A stretch of DNA of 52,522 bases from Omnitrophica WOR_2 bacterium RIFCSPHIGHO2_02_FULL_48_11 (GTDB taxonomy: Bacteria > Omnitrophota > Gorgyraeia > Zapsychrales > GWA2-47-8): contig MHGP01000035.1 in the NCBI GenBank assembly GCA_001805615.1, forward strand, positions 10,222 through 62,743, in the 5' to 3' direction. The notes beneath the pieces were generated by a model, which saw only the letters and a list, made by a program, of their open reading frames with translations, made no database searches and was not told where the DNA came from. Position numbers and translations under genes: made by a program. Of the stretch, positions 52,093 to 52,522 are shown in pieces. Every line of letters begins with the position of its first letter. The first letter of the stretch is position 1.

Positions 52093-52522
52093 TAGTATTC
52101 GATCCCCGGCTGAGCTTTGACCCCCTGCTCATACGGATGTTTGATGCATTTCATTTCCGTAACAAGGTCAGCCAATTCGATCAATTCCGGCGGAGCGCCA
52201 TTACCGGTCAAAATAACATGTTTCAATTCCGGCTTTTTCATTAACTCGCTCACCACTTCCTGCGAACTTAAAAAATTGTATTTCATCACGTAATTGATCT
52301 CATCAAAAATAACCAGCTGATATTTCTCGTCATGAAGGATCTCGCAGCATTTGCGCCAGGCCCGCTGAGCGGTCTTGACATCCCCATCAAAATTCTTGGT
52401 GTCCCAGGTAAAACCATCACCCATCGTAAAAACATCGCATAGATCACTGAACTTCTTGAAAAATTTGCTCTCGCCGGTCTGCCAATTTCCCTTGATGAAC
52501 TGCACAATGCCGACCTTGTAGC
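52092..52522 (-). CDS. cobO: Cob(I)yrinic acid a,c-diamide / cob(I)alamin adenosyltransferase, 5'-truncated by the window edge
   Basis: ..VQFIKGNW.., QLVIFDEINYVMKY, HVILTGNGAPPELIELADLVTEM. The reading frame stays open to position 52522 (..YKVGIVQFIKG), so the N-terminal P-loop lies outside the window. Confidence 0.85.
   Translation of the reverse strand, partial: YKVGIVQFIKGNWQTGESKFFKKFSDLCDVFTMGDGFTWDTKNFDGDVKTAQRAWRKCCEILHDEKYQLVIFDEINYVMKYNFLSSQEVVSELMKKPELKHVILTGNGAPPELIELADLVTEMKCIKHPYEQGVKAQPGIEY

Noticed and set aside
1-52522. Search for CRISPR arrays, tRNA/rRNA genes, IS elements, integrases, toxin-antitoxin pairs or known defence-system genes.
   Set aside because: No direct-repeat/spacer structure and no cloverleaf-like or rRNA-like segments were seen in the tiny intergenic spaces. 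No transposase, integrase, nuclease or ATPase defence hallmarks appear in any translated ORF. Every substantial ORF is explained by glycan or cobalamin metabolism.

Overview
All 49 supported CDS in this 52.5-kb window lie on the minus strand, and intergenic space is almost absent. 47 of them (50..51062) form one compact surface-glycan biosynthesis locus. At least 16 gene junctions overlap by 4 nt (ATGA type). Read 5'->3' on the minus strand, the locus contains: (1) a MarR-like winged-helix regulator behind a perfect consensus sigma70 promoter; (2) a legionaminic/neuraminic-acid-like nonulosonic acid (NulO) pathway: NeuA/NeuB/NeuC/NeuD-like enzymes, a CBS-fused dehydratase, two DegT aminotransferases, a methyltransferase and an Fe-ADH; (3) a complete pseudaminic acid pathway (PseB, PseC, PseF-like, PseG-PseH fusion, PseI) interrupted or flanked by two orphan GT-B-like proteins; (4) an acyl-carrier cassette: AMP-ligase, ACP, AAC(3)-like transferase, aminopeptidase-like protein, Gfo/Idh/MocA oxidoreductase, radical SAM, GT2; (5) a second perfect consensus promoter carrying the same 17-bp palindrome as the first; (6) a methyltransferase-GT2 fusion plus a YfhO-like membrane glycosyltransferase; (7) a heptose-like higher-sugar nucleotide pathway with a split transketolase, GmhA-like isomerase, domain-swapped HldE-like enzyme, HAD phosphatase and APH-like kinase; (8) a branched/C-methyl sugar cassette: two C-methyltransferase paralogues, WbuC cupin, 2OG oxygenase, SDRs, SPASM radical SAM; and (9) a 703-aa B12-dependent radical SAM enzyme. 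Upstream of the locus are a signal-peptide-less BtuF-like cobalamin-binding protein and a 5'-truncated cobO. I saw no rRNA, tRNA, CRISPR array, transposase or integrase, and no recognisable Wzx, Wzy, Wzz, ABC exporter or initiating phosphoglycosyltransferase. All functional calls rest on motifs read by eye from the translations. No database search was run.
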